NCBI GenBank assembly: GCA_951406725.2
Contig: OX597814.1
Coordinates: forward strand, 200,942,001 to 201,006,000
Length of the DNA stretch: 64,000 nucleotides
DNA from: Octopus vulgaris
Taxonomy: Eukaryota
Direction: 5' to 3'
Every line of letters begins with the position of its first letter. The stretch's first letter is position 1. The notes below the pieces were generated by a model that was given only the letters and a program-made list of their open reading frames with translations, was not told the origin of the DNA and made no database searches. This document shows, piece by piece, positions 1-12,353 of this stretch. The position numbers and the translations under genes are program-made.

Positions 1-230
1 TGGAACATTTACCATCACAGTTCTAGCCATGTGGCTCTGATTTGGAGTGAAACAGTAAGAAATGTAAACCAAAATGGTATCACAACCACCACCACCTTCA
101 TCATCATTTGACTTCTGTTGTCCATGCTGGCATGGGTTGGACGGTTTGAATAGAGCTGGTAAGCTGAGGTAAATGTTTCTGTATGTAAATCTGTGAAATT
201 TATGGAACATTCTTTTATTCTTTTAGTAAT

Positions 231-600
231 CTTTTACTTGTTTCAATCATTTAACTGTGGCCATGCTGGATCACCGCCTTTAGTTGAACGAATCAACCGC
301 AGGACTTATTATTTGTAAGCCTAGTACTTATTCTTTAGCTGAACTGCTAAGTTACGAGGACGTAAGCACAACAGCATCAGTTGTCAAGCGATGGTGGGGG
401 ACAAACACACACACACACATATATATGCATATATATATGACGGGCTTCTTTCAGTTTCCGTCTACCAAATCGACTCACAAGGCTTTGGTCAGCTCGAGGC
501 TATAGTAGAAGACACTTGCCCAAAATGCCACACAGTGGGACTGAACCCGGAACCATGTAGTTGGTAAGCAAGCTACTTACCACACAGCCACTCCTGCACC
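231..600 (-). mobile_element. tRNA-headed SINE, family A (full length)
   Basis: Reverse complement of the GGCGCAGGAGTGGCTGTGTGGTAAG...GGTTCAGTCCC head (A/B-box-like), internal (TA/TG)n and 3' tail ...GACTGAAACAAGTAAAAG. The same element recurs many times in the window. Confidence 0.9.
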
Positions 601-810
601 TATTGATCAACATATTCAAGAGACACAGACATGGCTGCATGGTACGAAGCTTGCTTCCCAATCACATGGTTCCAGGTTTAGCCCCACTGCATAGAAACTT
701 GGACCAGCCAAAGCCTTGTGAGTGGATTTGGTAGATGGAAACTGAAAGGAGCCTGTTGTAGAATACATGCACGCGTGAACACACACACACACACACTTTA
801 TATGTATGTA

Positions 811-1290
811 TAACTGTATAATAATATATCATAATAATATATATTCTCTGATTAGAAATGATCAGAAAATGATGAGCTAGACCTAGCCAGAATCGAACCC
901 ACATATCAACACCAACAAGGCTCTCAGCAGATCCAACTGGGCTAAATGCTCACCCATCAATTTCAGCCAAATTTAATGAATATATACTTAAACTGTCTAA
1001 TTCTACATATAATATTTGTAAACAAACCAGAAAGGCTTTGTAAGTTATAGAGAGAAAGCTACTATGGAAGACTCATAGTATAATAATAACTGTATAATAA
1101 TATATATTTTCTGATTTGAAACGACAATTTTTAAATGCAAACAAATGGCTACAAAATGATAAGCTAACCCAAACCAGACTCAAACCCACAAATCAGCACT
1201 AACACGGCTCTTTATTATTATACTCTGAGACTTCCATAGTAGCTTTCTCTCTGTAACTTACAAAGCCTTTCTAGTTTGTTTACAAATATT
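811..1290. repeat. Compound direct and inverted repeat containing a tRNA-like segment
   Basis: 1011-1088 is the reverse complement of 1212-1290, and 811-915 resembles 1087-1210. The minus strand of ~873-950 has TAGCCCAGTTGG (A-box-like) and GGTTCGATTC (B box). Confidence 0.75.
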
Positions 1291-2748
1291 GTGTGTGTAT
1301 GTATGTGTGTGTGTTTGTGTGTGTGTTTGTGTGTGTGAGTGTGTGTGTGTGCGTGTCTGTGTGTGCATATATGTGTGTCTGTGTCTGTGTTTGTCCCCTA
1401 CCACTGCTTGACAAGTATTGGTGTGCTCATACCCATGTAACTTAGTGGTTCAGCAAAAAGAGATCGATAGAATTAGTACCAGACTTTAAAAAAGAGTACT
1501 GGGATTGGTTCATTAGACTAGAAGTTCTCCAAGGAGGTGCCCCAGCATGGCCACAGTCTGATGTCTGCAACAAGTAAAAGATGAAATATATTTTACCTCA
1601 TGGCCGTTGACATGAAAAAATGTGGTGTTTCCAGAGGTATTGTCCCTTTAAATATTTTAGATATTTATCTAATTTATTGTGAAAAACCAGAGTGATTTAA
1701 AAATACTGAACCAAGAAGAATAGAATGAATTAATGGGTCTTTGTTTCTTTTCTAAGCAGACATTATTTTTTAAACTTTTTATCCTAAAATAACGATACAA
1801 AAAAACTGTTATAAAAACAAAGGAAGATCAAATTTAGATAAATTGATATAGTTTGAAAGATCAGAGAAGAAAAATTAAATTTATTTCAGGAATCGGTGGA
1901 AAAAAAAAGCTTGAGAAAATCATTAATATGCAAGAAATACGTTGCAAATATTGAAGTAAAAAGCCAAAAGAATTTTCAAGTGTGGTAAGAGGAACAGAAT
2001 TTTGATTTTCATAAATAACCAGGTATTTGGTAAAGATAAAAATGGGTGTTTACTGATTGATAAATCAAAATCACTGCAGAACACAACTTACCAAAGAAAA
2101 TTCAATAAAACTATCAAACCTCATGAAAATGTCTTTATTTAGATTACAGCAGACGCATTTATCAAGATTGTGAGGAACACTAGAACACATCAGATTTATG
2201 GTACGATATCTTCATCCCATACATTTCAAATTCTTAAACATTATTATAATTCTATTCAAGAGATGTAAAACTTGTTTGAAAATATATTTCTTCTACCAGG
2301 CAAGATAATGTCAGAGTAAAAGTTCAGATGCTAGTTGTATAAATAGATATTTCTTTGAAATGTCACATAAATTTACATATTGTCAAAAACTTTGGACAAT
2401 AAACATAAAGAAATCACATTTTTATTAACCGATTCATTTATTTAGCATTTTATTTATTATCCATAAATTTAACTGTTTTGTATTTATTTGATATTTATTA
2501 GGTGTGTAGGATGTTAAGTACCAGATTGTTACTAAAGGTAAGTTATGATTTTATATTTTAATACTTATTTCACAAATTTCATAGCGACTGAATTAAAAGT
2601 TATTTGTGAGAGTGTGTAACTCATTGATATATTATTCCCTTAAGGCAGCAAGTTGGCAGAATTGTTACTGTAATTTCTGAAATCCTATGGTAGTTATTTA
2701 ATAGTAGCTATCTAGATGTATAAAAGCTCTACCATCTTCAATTCATTG

Positions 2749-3246
2749 TATTGGGTCAGTCTATAAATAATGTACTTTTTCAATTGAGTGAACTAAAAGT
2801 CGGAGAGGGATGAGATAAGCTACCTGCATCAACTTGCTATAAAAGCAGGTAGTAATTTTACCTTGTACTTATTGTTAGTGCAAGTTTTGAAGAGTACAGT
2901 TCGATTTTAGCTGTTATTTTTTTTCAAAGCTATAATGGAAGTGACAAAGGAGTATATTCGGCATATTTTGCTTTATGAGTTCAATAAAGGCAACAACGTA
3001 ATGGAAAGTGGGAGGAATATTAATGAAGCATTTGGGAATTGGACAAAAAGCATAAGCCAGTGTCAATGGCGGTTCTGGAAATTCTGAGCTGGAAACTACA
3101 GCCTTGAAGATGAGCCTCATCCTGGAAGATCTGTAGAGCTCGATGAGGATGTCCTGCAAACCCTGGTGGGACAAAATCATATCGTAACTGTTGAGGAACT
3201 AGCAGAGAAGTTTGGATTTCGTCATTCAACCATTCATTGACACCTG
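2749..3246 (+). mobile_element. Mariner transposon 5' fragment (N-terminal HTH, pseudogenised)
   Basis: From ATG 2935: MEVTKEYIRHILLYEFNKGNN...WRFWKF*AGNYSLEDEPHPGRSVELDEDVLQTLVGQNHIVTVEELAEKFGFRHSTIH*HL, typical of a mariner N-terminus. TA followed by a TTGGGT TIR-like start at 2749. Confidence 0.85.
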
Positions 3247-3769
3247 TGAAAAGTCAGCACTGAAAGTATACACCATATTGAGGGAACTGATTGGGATTCA
3301 TCTTTACCATAAAGTTTGCAGTCATCCATGAATAACAAATGGTTGACATTTTATTGGTGGCTTTTGAATACATACCCAGCATTTGCTTTCCTCAGAATCA
3401 GTGTTAGTGGTATCATGTACAGTACAAAGATCAGTGATGATAGGTAGACTCCTTGGAAGATGCCTCTCCTGATTTCTATTGTCCTTAAACTTCTTCCATA
3501 TTCTGTCAGTTCCATCCTCCAATTTGCCATACTTTTTCCAAGCAGCCACGCAACATTTGATGCGGTACCAAAGAAGTTGCATCCTTTCTATTATTATTAT
3601 CATTATTATTGCCTTTTCACAGCTTCTAACACTGGAGATATCCTACAATGCCAGCTGTTCACTATCAGTGAATGAAGGTAACACCTCTTGTTTTTTGAGC
3701 ACCTTCTGGAGTATTCAAGCGGTTCTGAGCAATGCTGTTTTCTGCAAGTGCTCCTCCCTTATTGCAGCT

Positions 3770-3983
3770 CCTAAGGCAGTAAGCTGGCAGAATTGTTTGC
3801 ATACCCAGGCAAAATGTTTAGTGGCATTTTGTCTGACTTTATGTTCTGAGTTCAAAGGTCACTGGGGTCGACAGCCTTTTATTGTTTTGGGGTCATAAAA
3901 TAACTACCAGTGAAACATTGGGGTCAATGTAATTGACTAGTTCCTTTCCCCAAATTTCAGGTCTTGTGCCCATAGTAGAAAGG

Positions 3984-4021
<38 letters not shown>

Positions 4022-4235
4022 GGGTGGTGAGCCAGCAGAATTGTTAGCATGCTGGATGAAATGCTTAGCAGTATTTCATCTGCAGCTACATTCTGAGTTC
4101 AAATTCCACCAAGGTCGACTTTGCCTTTCATCCTTTCAGGGTTGATAAAATAAGTACCAGTTGAACACTGGGGTCGATGTTATCGACTCATCCCCTCCCC
4201 AAAAATAACTACCCTTGTAGCAAAATTTGAAACCA
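3770..4235 (+). mobile_element. Two SINE family B copies (Nin/Deu-like central domain)
   Basis: Both match the family consensus GGCGAGCTGGCAGAA...GAGTTCAAATTCC...GTCGACTTTGCCTTTCATCCTTTC...AAGTACCAG and are separated by (ATT)n. The domain name is from memory of SINE literature. Confidence 0.75.
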
Positions 4236-4696
4236 TTATTGTTATTACCTGTAAGATCCTCCAGTTCAAGTTATCAAGTAACTTTCATTCTCTCCTTCTT
4301 TCTCAGTAACAGAATGATTTCACTACCTTTCTCTCACTCTCTCTCCTTCTTATGTCTTGGCTGTGCCTTTCACTCCCTATTCTTCTCTTTCTTTCTTTCA
4401 CACAAGCTGCCTCATTCCAGCATCTCAAAGACATAAGCAGAAACAGACACAGACGGAATCTAATTTTAATGTATGATATCATCTATTTTATCTAAAACTA
4501 ACTTGGAACAAGCTGCAGAGAAAAGTGTGTGTGTGTATGTGTGTGTATGCATGTGTGTATGAGTGTGTGTGTGTGCGTGTGTGTGCATGTGCGTGTGTAT
4601 GATTGTGTGTGCACACATGTGTGTGTATCGATGTATGAATGTGTGTGTGCACATGTGTGTATGTATGTGTATATATATATATATATATTCTCTTAT

Positions 4697-5075
4697 TCTC
4701 TTACTTGTTTCAGTCATTTGACTGCAGCCATGCTGGAGCCCCACCAAATCGACCCCAGGACTTATTCTTTGTAAGCTTAGTGCTTATTTTATCGGCCTCT
4801 TTTGCCAAACCGCTAAGTTACAGGAACGTAAATCACACCAACATCAGTTGTCAAGTGACAGTGGTGAGACAAACATAGACACGTACACAAATATATACAT
4901 ATGTATATGTGTGTATATATTTTGGGCTTCTTTCAGTTTTCATCTACCAAATTCACTCGCAAGGTTTTGGTTGGCCTGAGGCTATAGTAGAAGACACTTG
5001 CCCAAGATGCCATGCACTGGGATTGAACCTGGAACCATGTGGTTGGGAAGCAGGCTTCTTATCATGCAGCCACTA
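4697..5075 (-). mobile_element. SINE family A
   Basis: Same sequence as the 231-600 copy. Confidence 0.9.
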
Positions 5076-6209
5076 TCTTTTCTCTCCAGATTATTCAAAG
5101 TTGTGTGTGTGTGATTGTGTGTGTGTGTCTGTGTGCTTGATTGTGTCTGTGCATGTGTGTGTATGATTGTGTGTGTGTCTGTGTGTATGTGTGTGTGTGA
5201 ACGACTCTGCTACCACTTCAATAACTTATTTCTTAATTTTCTATCAAATTCAATTCTCATATAATCTAATTTACAATCCAACACATAACCTAACTATGTC
5301 TTTTATTAACACATATCTAACATAATCTTATCACTTAAGATTTACTGATTCAATTAAGCTAGTATCTATGTACCGTACCCACAACTGTCCTTTTCTGTTT
5401 GCTTGTGCATACATCGAAAATGTCGAAGAATTTTAAAGCAAGCATCTAATTGAGTACACATTTGATTATAATACAATTTACAAAGATGATTGGTTGAATG
5501 TAACTTTTTGTCACTATGTCAATATAAGTTACTAATAAAAGATGTGCCTTAAATTAAATTCAGAAGGTGATTAAATAAAACTAAAAGTCATCCTCAATAC
5601 TTTTCTTTTTTCTTAAGTAACCAATAATTTGGTATAACTTGAAACTGATTCGTTACAATATTCTTTTATTCTTTTACTCTTTCATTCTTTTACTTGTTTC
5701 AGTTGTATATGTGAAAGAATTTATAAAGAAAAATGTATTAACAGTTGGTTTTCTGTGATGCAGCAGTTTCACTTTTGTAGAGTAAGCAATAATTAGATTT
5801 AATCATATTGCTAGCTTTAAGCACAGGTGATTGAGCGTACATAAAGGAATTACAGAGAAACTGCTTTCTACATCTTTATACAATATTGCAAATTATTCTG
5901 TTATCATCTCTGACTTGCTTCTTTGGTAAAAATTAATTAACAATTAATTAACATCTCTTTTATCGTTCTTCCAGTACATGTCCTCATACATCTTTGCTAT
6001 CATCTCTCTAACAATCCCAGTCTTTATCTCACTCAATAACTCACATTCCTTTGTTTTCCACCTGGAATATCCATGTACCTACTCTACCGCAAGACACCTA
6101 TATCTGACCCCTCTACACCTTAAATCTCTCAACTGGCACAAAGCCACAGCCTCTAAATACTACTCCCCTCTCCTAGTTGAAGGGTTTTTGTTTTGCAAGG
6201 TATTTGATG

Positions 6210-6785
6210 ACCCTGTCAGTGTTGGTACCGCATAAAAAAAACTGGTGCTGGTGTCACATAAAAGGCACTGCTGATGGTGCCATGTAAAAGTCACTAGTGA
6301 TGGTGCCACATGAAAGGCACTGGTGATGGTGCCATGTAAAGGGCACTGGTGATGGTGCCATGTAAAGGCACTGGTGATGGTGCCACATAAAAGGCACTGG
6401 TGATGGTGCCACATAAAAGTCACTGGTGATGGTGCCACGTAAAAGGCAATGGTAATGGTGTCACGTAAAAGGTACTGGTGATGGTGCCACATAAAAAGCA
6501 CTGGTGAGGGTGCTATGTGAAAGTCACTGGTGAGGGTGCCATGTAAAAAGCACTGGTGATGGTGCCATGGGATAAAAACACTGGTGCCGGTGCCACAGAA
6601 AAAGTATAATCTGTAAAGTGATCGGCATTAAGAAGGGCATCTTGCTGTAGAAACCATGCCAAAAACAGACAATGGGACCTGGTTCAGCTCCTGACCTGGT
6701 CAGATTCTGTCAAACTGTCTAACCCATGGCAGCATGGGAAAACAAATGTTAAATGATGATGAAGATGATGATGATGATGATGATA
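6210..6785 (+). mobile_element. RTE-LINE 3' UTR-derived repeat (family C) with an expanded ~25-26 bp minisatellite
   Basis: About 15 tandem GGCACTGGTGATGGTGCCAYRTAAAA units (6225-6600), then the family C body (GAAGGGCATC...GTAGAAAC...AACCCATG) and an (ATG)n tail. Confidence 0.8.
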
Positions 6786-7611
6786 AATAATAACATTTAA
6801 TATTTAATTGATGATTAAATATTTTAAGTTTTGTATACTGAGCGGAAAGTTATATATTATTTACTATCAAAACATGTAAATAAAAAGAAGCATGCTGTGG
6901 TGTAAAACTCTTTGCTTCCCAAGTACATGGTTTCAGGTTCAGTCCCATTGCATGGCATCTTGGCCAATGTCTTCTTCCATAATCTCAGGCTGACTAAAGT
7001 CTTGTGAATGGATTTGGTAGGTGGAAGCCGAAAGAAACCTGCTCTATGTGTGTGTGTGTTTTTTTATATATATGTATGTATGTGGAGGATCAAAATATAT
7101 TGCTTGTTAGATCGTGGGACGTATTCTTGAATACAACTGCCAGACCCTTTTGTAGATGAAAGTCAGGAGTTTTGGTAGTGAAGAGAAATACATTGAACAT
7201 GTGTTCAAGTTGCTGAACTGTCTTTGGTTGCTTACCAAGCGATCGTATTTAGGAAGGGTTAAATAAACTTTTTGCTTGAATTTCATGAATATTTTGGTAC
7301 CCAATATCATTTTGCCCCTTAATTATTCAAGCAGCAGTAAAACATATTTTATTATCTGTTACAAGAACTGCTGGGATTTATCTTCATGACTGGACATTTG
7401 TCATAGAGCCTTAATACTGGCATCAGCTGTTGGTCAAGTTGGAATGCTTACCTCTGGCTATTGGAGAATAAATCAATGGTGGTTCCTGTGCAATGTTTGC
7501 CAATAAAAACACCCTAATAGCTGCATGTACACATTACAAAACATCAAATGATAATAACTAAGGAATTAATTTTGAAGCAATCTCGTGAATTGGGTGCGCA
7601 CACTGGATATA

Positions 7612-7683
<72 letters not shown>

Positions 7684-7695
7684 CATATATATATA

Positions 7696-8270
7696 TTGAT
7701 AGAAATGGTATGACAACAAAAGAGTGAAAGAGACCTCGATATTATGTAAATAGAGGAATTTTGTCTGTAAATGTAATATGTGACAATTATTTGGTAGCCA
7801 TGATAAACTCCGAGTTTCATATGTCGGGGTGGAAATCCATGCTGTCAAGCATTTTTCCGATGGCTGGATAACTGAAGCGATGGCGGCGTGGATTTCCATC
7901 CCGACATCCGAAACTCAGAGTTTTATCATGGCTACCGAATAATTGTCACATATTACATTTACAGATTTGTCCTGTTATTACTATTCTTGTTTTTTTATTT
8001 CTATTTTTTGTTTCTTGTATTTATATTCGTGTGGCATCCTGTCCTTGTGTCGTATACATTCGATCATTTTTCCAAGAAATCTAATGCGCATAGCTTAGTT
8101 TTTCTTTGGGGCTAGCCGTATCGGAGCGATATCAGGATTAATCAGCCGAAATTGCTAAGATAATCCGGTTCCCGACTGAAGATTAGAGGCTTCGAATGAC
8201 CCGTCTATTTTTTTGTGTCGTCTTTTAGTGTGTTTTTGCGTTCTTGTCCCATTTTGTAATTTATATTTAA
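7696..8270 (+). mobile_element. (TA)n-embedded element with inverted arms and a decayed hammerhead (Penelope-like, inferred)
   Basis: Arms 7764-7847 and 7881-7965 are reverse complements, and (TA)n flanks both sides. Its 3' part matches 45320-45430 on the opposite strand. Confidence 0.6.
7867..7927 (+). ncRNA. Degenerate type I hammerhead ribozyme
   Basis: GATAA-CTGAAGC-GATG..CATC-C-GAAA-CTCAGAG-TT-TTATC. Stem I is GATAA/TTATC; the core has one mismatch (CTGAAGC instead of CTGANGA). Confidence 0.5.
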
Positions 8271-8297
8271 TTTATATATATATATATATATATATAT

Positions 8298-9619
8298 TTA
8301 AGTAGGTGAATGAATTATCCCAGTATGGATAATTCGGTTAATCGATACCTGGGTAGCAAATTCACGTCAGAAAACACGGTTGAAGCTACATGCCAAGGGC
8401 AGAAACCCCGTGTTCTTGTGTGGAAATTTGTGTTTTTTTTATATGAATAAACGAAAGAATGGAGTCGAACGAAGATTTTAACAAAATTCCTTTACTCTCA
8501 ACACATGTTTCGAAGACTGCATACTCTTAATTCCGAAGGAATAAAGGGTGCATTATGCCGTCTTCTCATCAGGAAAGACAAGGAACCTATATCAGCCTCA
8601 AGACGAACAAAAACTTTTTGATGACTGCCTACATGGTGTCCACAGTGATAATGAGTGTTTTTTAAAAATAATCCGTTATAAGCAATGACGTCAAAATTGG
8701 TTGGAAGGAGGAAGTTCTAAAAATAGGAAGGGGACAGTATGTATGCTGTATGTATGGGGATGTGCGGGTGTTTGCTTTTGTTAATGAGTTTGATTGTTTA
8801 TGTGTGTGTATGAGTGTGTGTGTGTATAACTGCATTTGTGTGTGTGTGTGTGTGTGTAATTGTGTGTGTGGGGGTCAATTGTCAAATATATTTAGTAGTG
8901 AGGTGACAAATTTGTGTCTGTGTGTTTGATTGTGCCTATGATAGAGAGAGAGAGAGAGAGAGGGGGGGAGAGGTAGAGAGAAAGAGATAAACATACGCCA
9001 ACGATATTTAGTAGTAATGTTTCATGCAACGGAGTAGACAGAAAGAATTTGTCTATGGCAGTGGTGTAGACGTGAAACTAATTATTAAAACCAAAGAGGT
9101 TATCTATATTATTTATCATTTATATGAGTGGAAAGTGTGCTTCTGCCAATGCTTACATTTATAGGATTTTTCTATTAGTGTGTTTACCAAGGGAAACTTG
9201 GCGAAAAGGATACAGAAGAGTTCAGAATTACAAATGCCACAATATTTCCTGCCCTTATCAAAAGGAAAGGATACAGACAATATGGGCCAATCCATCTTGA
9301 AAGTTATATTGTTGTCCTTAAGACGCCAAACTAATTTACTTAGTCCTGTACTTTGTTGTTTTCTCTTATCTCAGAAAGTTGAATAATGATTGGAAATTCT
9401 CTGGGACAATCGAGAAGTTGTCGCACCAATATAGAAGAAGACATCGGTACCGGAAGAAATTTTACACTGGTAAATGGAATTTTTTATTTTGTAATTACTG
9501 GACAAGAACTTTAATCTGTTAGGGTTTTCCTCCGAGATCAAGACGGAGTTTTTATGCAGTCTTCGAAGCATGTGTTGAGAGTAAAGGATTTTTGTTAAAA
9601 TCTTCGTTCGACTCCATTC
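8298..9619 (-). mobile_element. Penelope-like retroelement 3' portion: GIY-YIG endonuclease remnant, 3' UTR and inverted terminal copy
   Basis: Minus strand ~9490-9120 reads NSIYQCKISSGTDVFFYIGATTSRLSQRISNHYSTF*...STGLSKLVWRLKDNNITFKMDWPI...CGICNSE...KCKH, a Penelope-type GIY-YIG with Cys/His tail. 9553-9619 is an inverted copy of 8457-8523. (TA)n on both sides. Confidence 0.85.
8495..8577 (-). ncRNA. Type I hammerhead ribozyme in the Penelope 3' region
   Basis: Minus strand: CTTTC-CTGATGA-GAAGAC..GTCTTC-GAAA-C(ATGT)G-TT-GAGAG. Stem I CTTTC/GAGAG, 6-bp stem II, intact core, GUU triplet. Confidence 0.8.
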
Positions 9620-9659
9620 ATATATATATATATATATATATATAAAACTTGGAGAATGA

Positions 9660-10085
9660 CTGCACAACTTTCTAAAAGATAGATGTCAGGCAGTTGTGGC
9701 CAACAGAGCCACCTCTAAGGAAACACAAATAGCAAGTGGTGTTCCACAAGGCACTGCTATTCATAGTGGCCCTCTCGGACATGCCCACAGCTGCTCAGAT
9801 GGCCACCCTTGCAGATAACACAAAGTCTCTCAGACAATACAAAATCCTGGAAATATTGCACATCTGCAACAGGAGTTGAGCGCAATATATAGGAGGGCTG
9901 AGGACAACAATATGCAGTTTAATGCAGGAAAATTCCAGCCCCTATGCTACCAGCACACAAAGCTAAACAACATGCAGACAGGGTACACAGGCCCAGGAGG
10001 AATTGAAATCCTTGAATCAAAATCAGTGCATGACCTGGGCATTGACATGAACAATGAGGCATCTTTTCAAGTGCATATTACCAAT
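9660..10085 (+). mobile_element. CR1-like LINE reverse transcriptase fragment
   Basis: SGVPQG motif, degenerate ADD, then LQQELSAIYRRAEDNNMQFNAGKFQ...VHDLGIDMNNEASFQVHI. Frameshifted. Confidence 0.8.
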
Positions 10086-10329
10086 TTATGTCGTTTCTTT
10101 CATACACGTACTACAAAAGAAATCAACATTTCAGATCTTGGACTTCGACAGTGTTCTAAAATACCTCTTCTTGTGAGTGTCAAGATGCTTCTCCAAAGCA
10201 AGTTTTCCTGGAATATTTCTCAATTTATTGGCCTATCAAATGCAATCGATAGTATCAATTCAACAGACCTTTAACTTTCGTGACACAGATTACGAAGTTC
10301 AGTTCATTCATAGTCTTGCTAAATCTCCC

Positions 10330-10680
10330 TGGGAGTACCGCCTTTAGTCGAGCAAATCGACCCTAGGACTTATTCTTTGGAAGCCTAGTACTTATTCTAT
10401 CGGTCTCTTTTGCCAAACCGCTAAGTTACAGGGACGTAAACACACCACCATTGGTTTGTCAAGCGATGTTGGGGGACAAACACAGACACACAAACATATA
10501 CACACACATACATATTTATATATATACATATATACGACGGGCTTATTTCAGTTTCCGTCTATCAAATCCACTCACGAGGCTTTGGTCGGCCCGAGACTAT
10601 ATTAGAAGACACTTGCCCAAGGTGCCACGCAGTGGGAATGAACTTACCACACAAGCTACTTACCACACAGCCACTCCTGC
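10330..10680 (-). mobile_element. SINE family A
   Basis: Matches the family A consensus. Confidence 0.9.
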
Positions 10681-10829
10681 GAATGTAACTTTATAGAGTA
10701 ACTTTGAACAGTATGCATTACTTTATTTCTGGCTAAAATAGAGAGGTAGAATTTGTAGGCAATCGCTTGTTGAACAGGAAGAGCTCATTCTGTTTTTACT
10801 TGCTGGGTCGGGAAGAATGGGGAGTTACC

Positions 10830-11200
10830 TATGGCATTTGCGGTCCTCTGAGACTGACATTATTGAAGCCATTAACGTTTCCTACAAGTTAATATCAGCA
10901 GGGGAGCTATGAATAGGGAGAAGATTGCAGAGGGCCATGTTCTGGGAAAGAAAGGACCGAGTATAGTCATAAATGCAGGATATGGGAGATTAGTCACAAT
11001 AAAAGTGGTGAGAGGTGGGGAATTGAGTGGGTCGGGTATGGCTGAAAGAAGGAGGTACAAGACCAGCTGGCTCTGAGGAACAGAAGCCTTTTCATTATGT
11101 TAGAATAGCAAGAAAGAATATCGACTTAAGGTATGCTCTTATCTTTACGATGTTCTGTCATAAAGGTTGTCACCAAGCTCAACTCTTCGACATTGAACCA
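10830..11200 (-). mobile_element. Non-LTR retrotransposon C-terminal fragment (CR1/Zenon-like)
   Basis: Minus strand FCSSEPAGLVPP...TRPTQ..SHH...YTRSF(fs)FPRTWP(fs)LCNLLP resembles the SFFPRTxxLWNxLP C-terminal motif. Confidence 0.55.
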
Positions 11201-12353
11201 TAGCACTAAAGCAACAATCAGGGCGATTTAGCAAGACTATGAATGAACTGAACTTCGTAATCTGTGTCACAAAAGTTAAAGGTCTGTTGAATTGATACTA
11301 TGGATTACGTTTGATAGTCCAATAAATTGGGAAATATTCCAGGAAAACTTGCTTTGGAGAAGCATCTTGACACTCACAAGAAGAGGTATCTTATAACACT
11401 GTCCAAGTCCAAGAATCTGAAATGTTGATTTCTTTTGTCGTACGGGTATGAAAGAAACAAGAAACGACATAAATTGAAAGGAAGTTCAGTTGACTTCGAC
11501 GAAAATTCCTGTGTAGTTGTTAACTTAAATTTTCATTCAGATTGCCATTTACAAAGTGAATCAGCTGCTGCAGCGAAATTTGGAATAAATCGTGAATATT
11601 ACTAAACATGGAACATAATCTGCCATAGTCATTAAATAATGAAGAATTCATTCCAGCTGACAATCACATAAGATCTTCTTTGATACTATAGAACTTCTAC
11701 CAGGCAGTGAATTTGCGAAATGTAGAATTTACACTTGAAAGCATTGATTTGATATCATGATTGGTCAGCATTAGTAGTCATTGCAGTTAATATTTATTAT
11801 TAGTTGACTTATCAGTTTCATGGACAATTATATCGTCTTGGTAAGTAACCACGCCAAGCAATTCACCAATATGGAAATTGATGGACGATCGAAATATTGC
11901 AGACCAAACGGATAATCCACAATAAAGAAATTATACCAAAACAGTCTGAACGGCGTCTTGATAGTGGCTAATGAACTAGATTACACACCTAATGAAATTT
12001 GTAGACAAGTATTCTGTCGACTGATCTTCGAGAAGTATGTAGAATTATTCATTCAGCGTAAAGTATCTCCCAACTTCTCAGTAGAACAAATTAGTATTTA
12101 CTTTAGAAAATACCCATTGATGTTGTGCGGAAGCTGCTACAGATCCGCAGGGTGACAACATAACTTTTTATGGATGGAACAACAGGAGTTACTCCTTTTG
12201 AAAATTCATCAACTATTACTGCTACTTGTACAAAGTAAATTTTGAGAGGCTCATGTAAAGTATAAACGAATGCACACCTTTACAAAATACTGAACCAACA
12301 GTAATTACAATATGATCATTTAAAAAAATTGTCTTAATTTGTGTGGAACTACC

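Larger units (their letters stand above)
10082..11477. repeat. ~240-bp diverged inverted duplication (10082-10325 and 11225-11477), possibly a decayed hAT transposase segment
   Basis: Direct reverse-complement match. The translation VELILSIAFDRPIN.EIFQENLL...LTRRGILEHCRSPRSEM loosely resembles the Buster/SPIN-type WLSRGxVLxRF region. Confidence 0.6.

Noticed and set aside
1620-2300. Purine-rich, coding-like stretch
   Set aside because: Frequent stops and no recognisable motif; cannot be assigned without a search.
8175-8200. CTGAAGA...CGAAT second hammerhead candidate
   Set aside because: No GAAA and no stems II or III.
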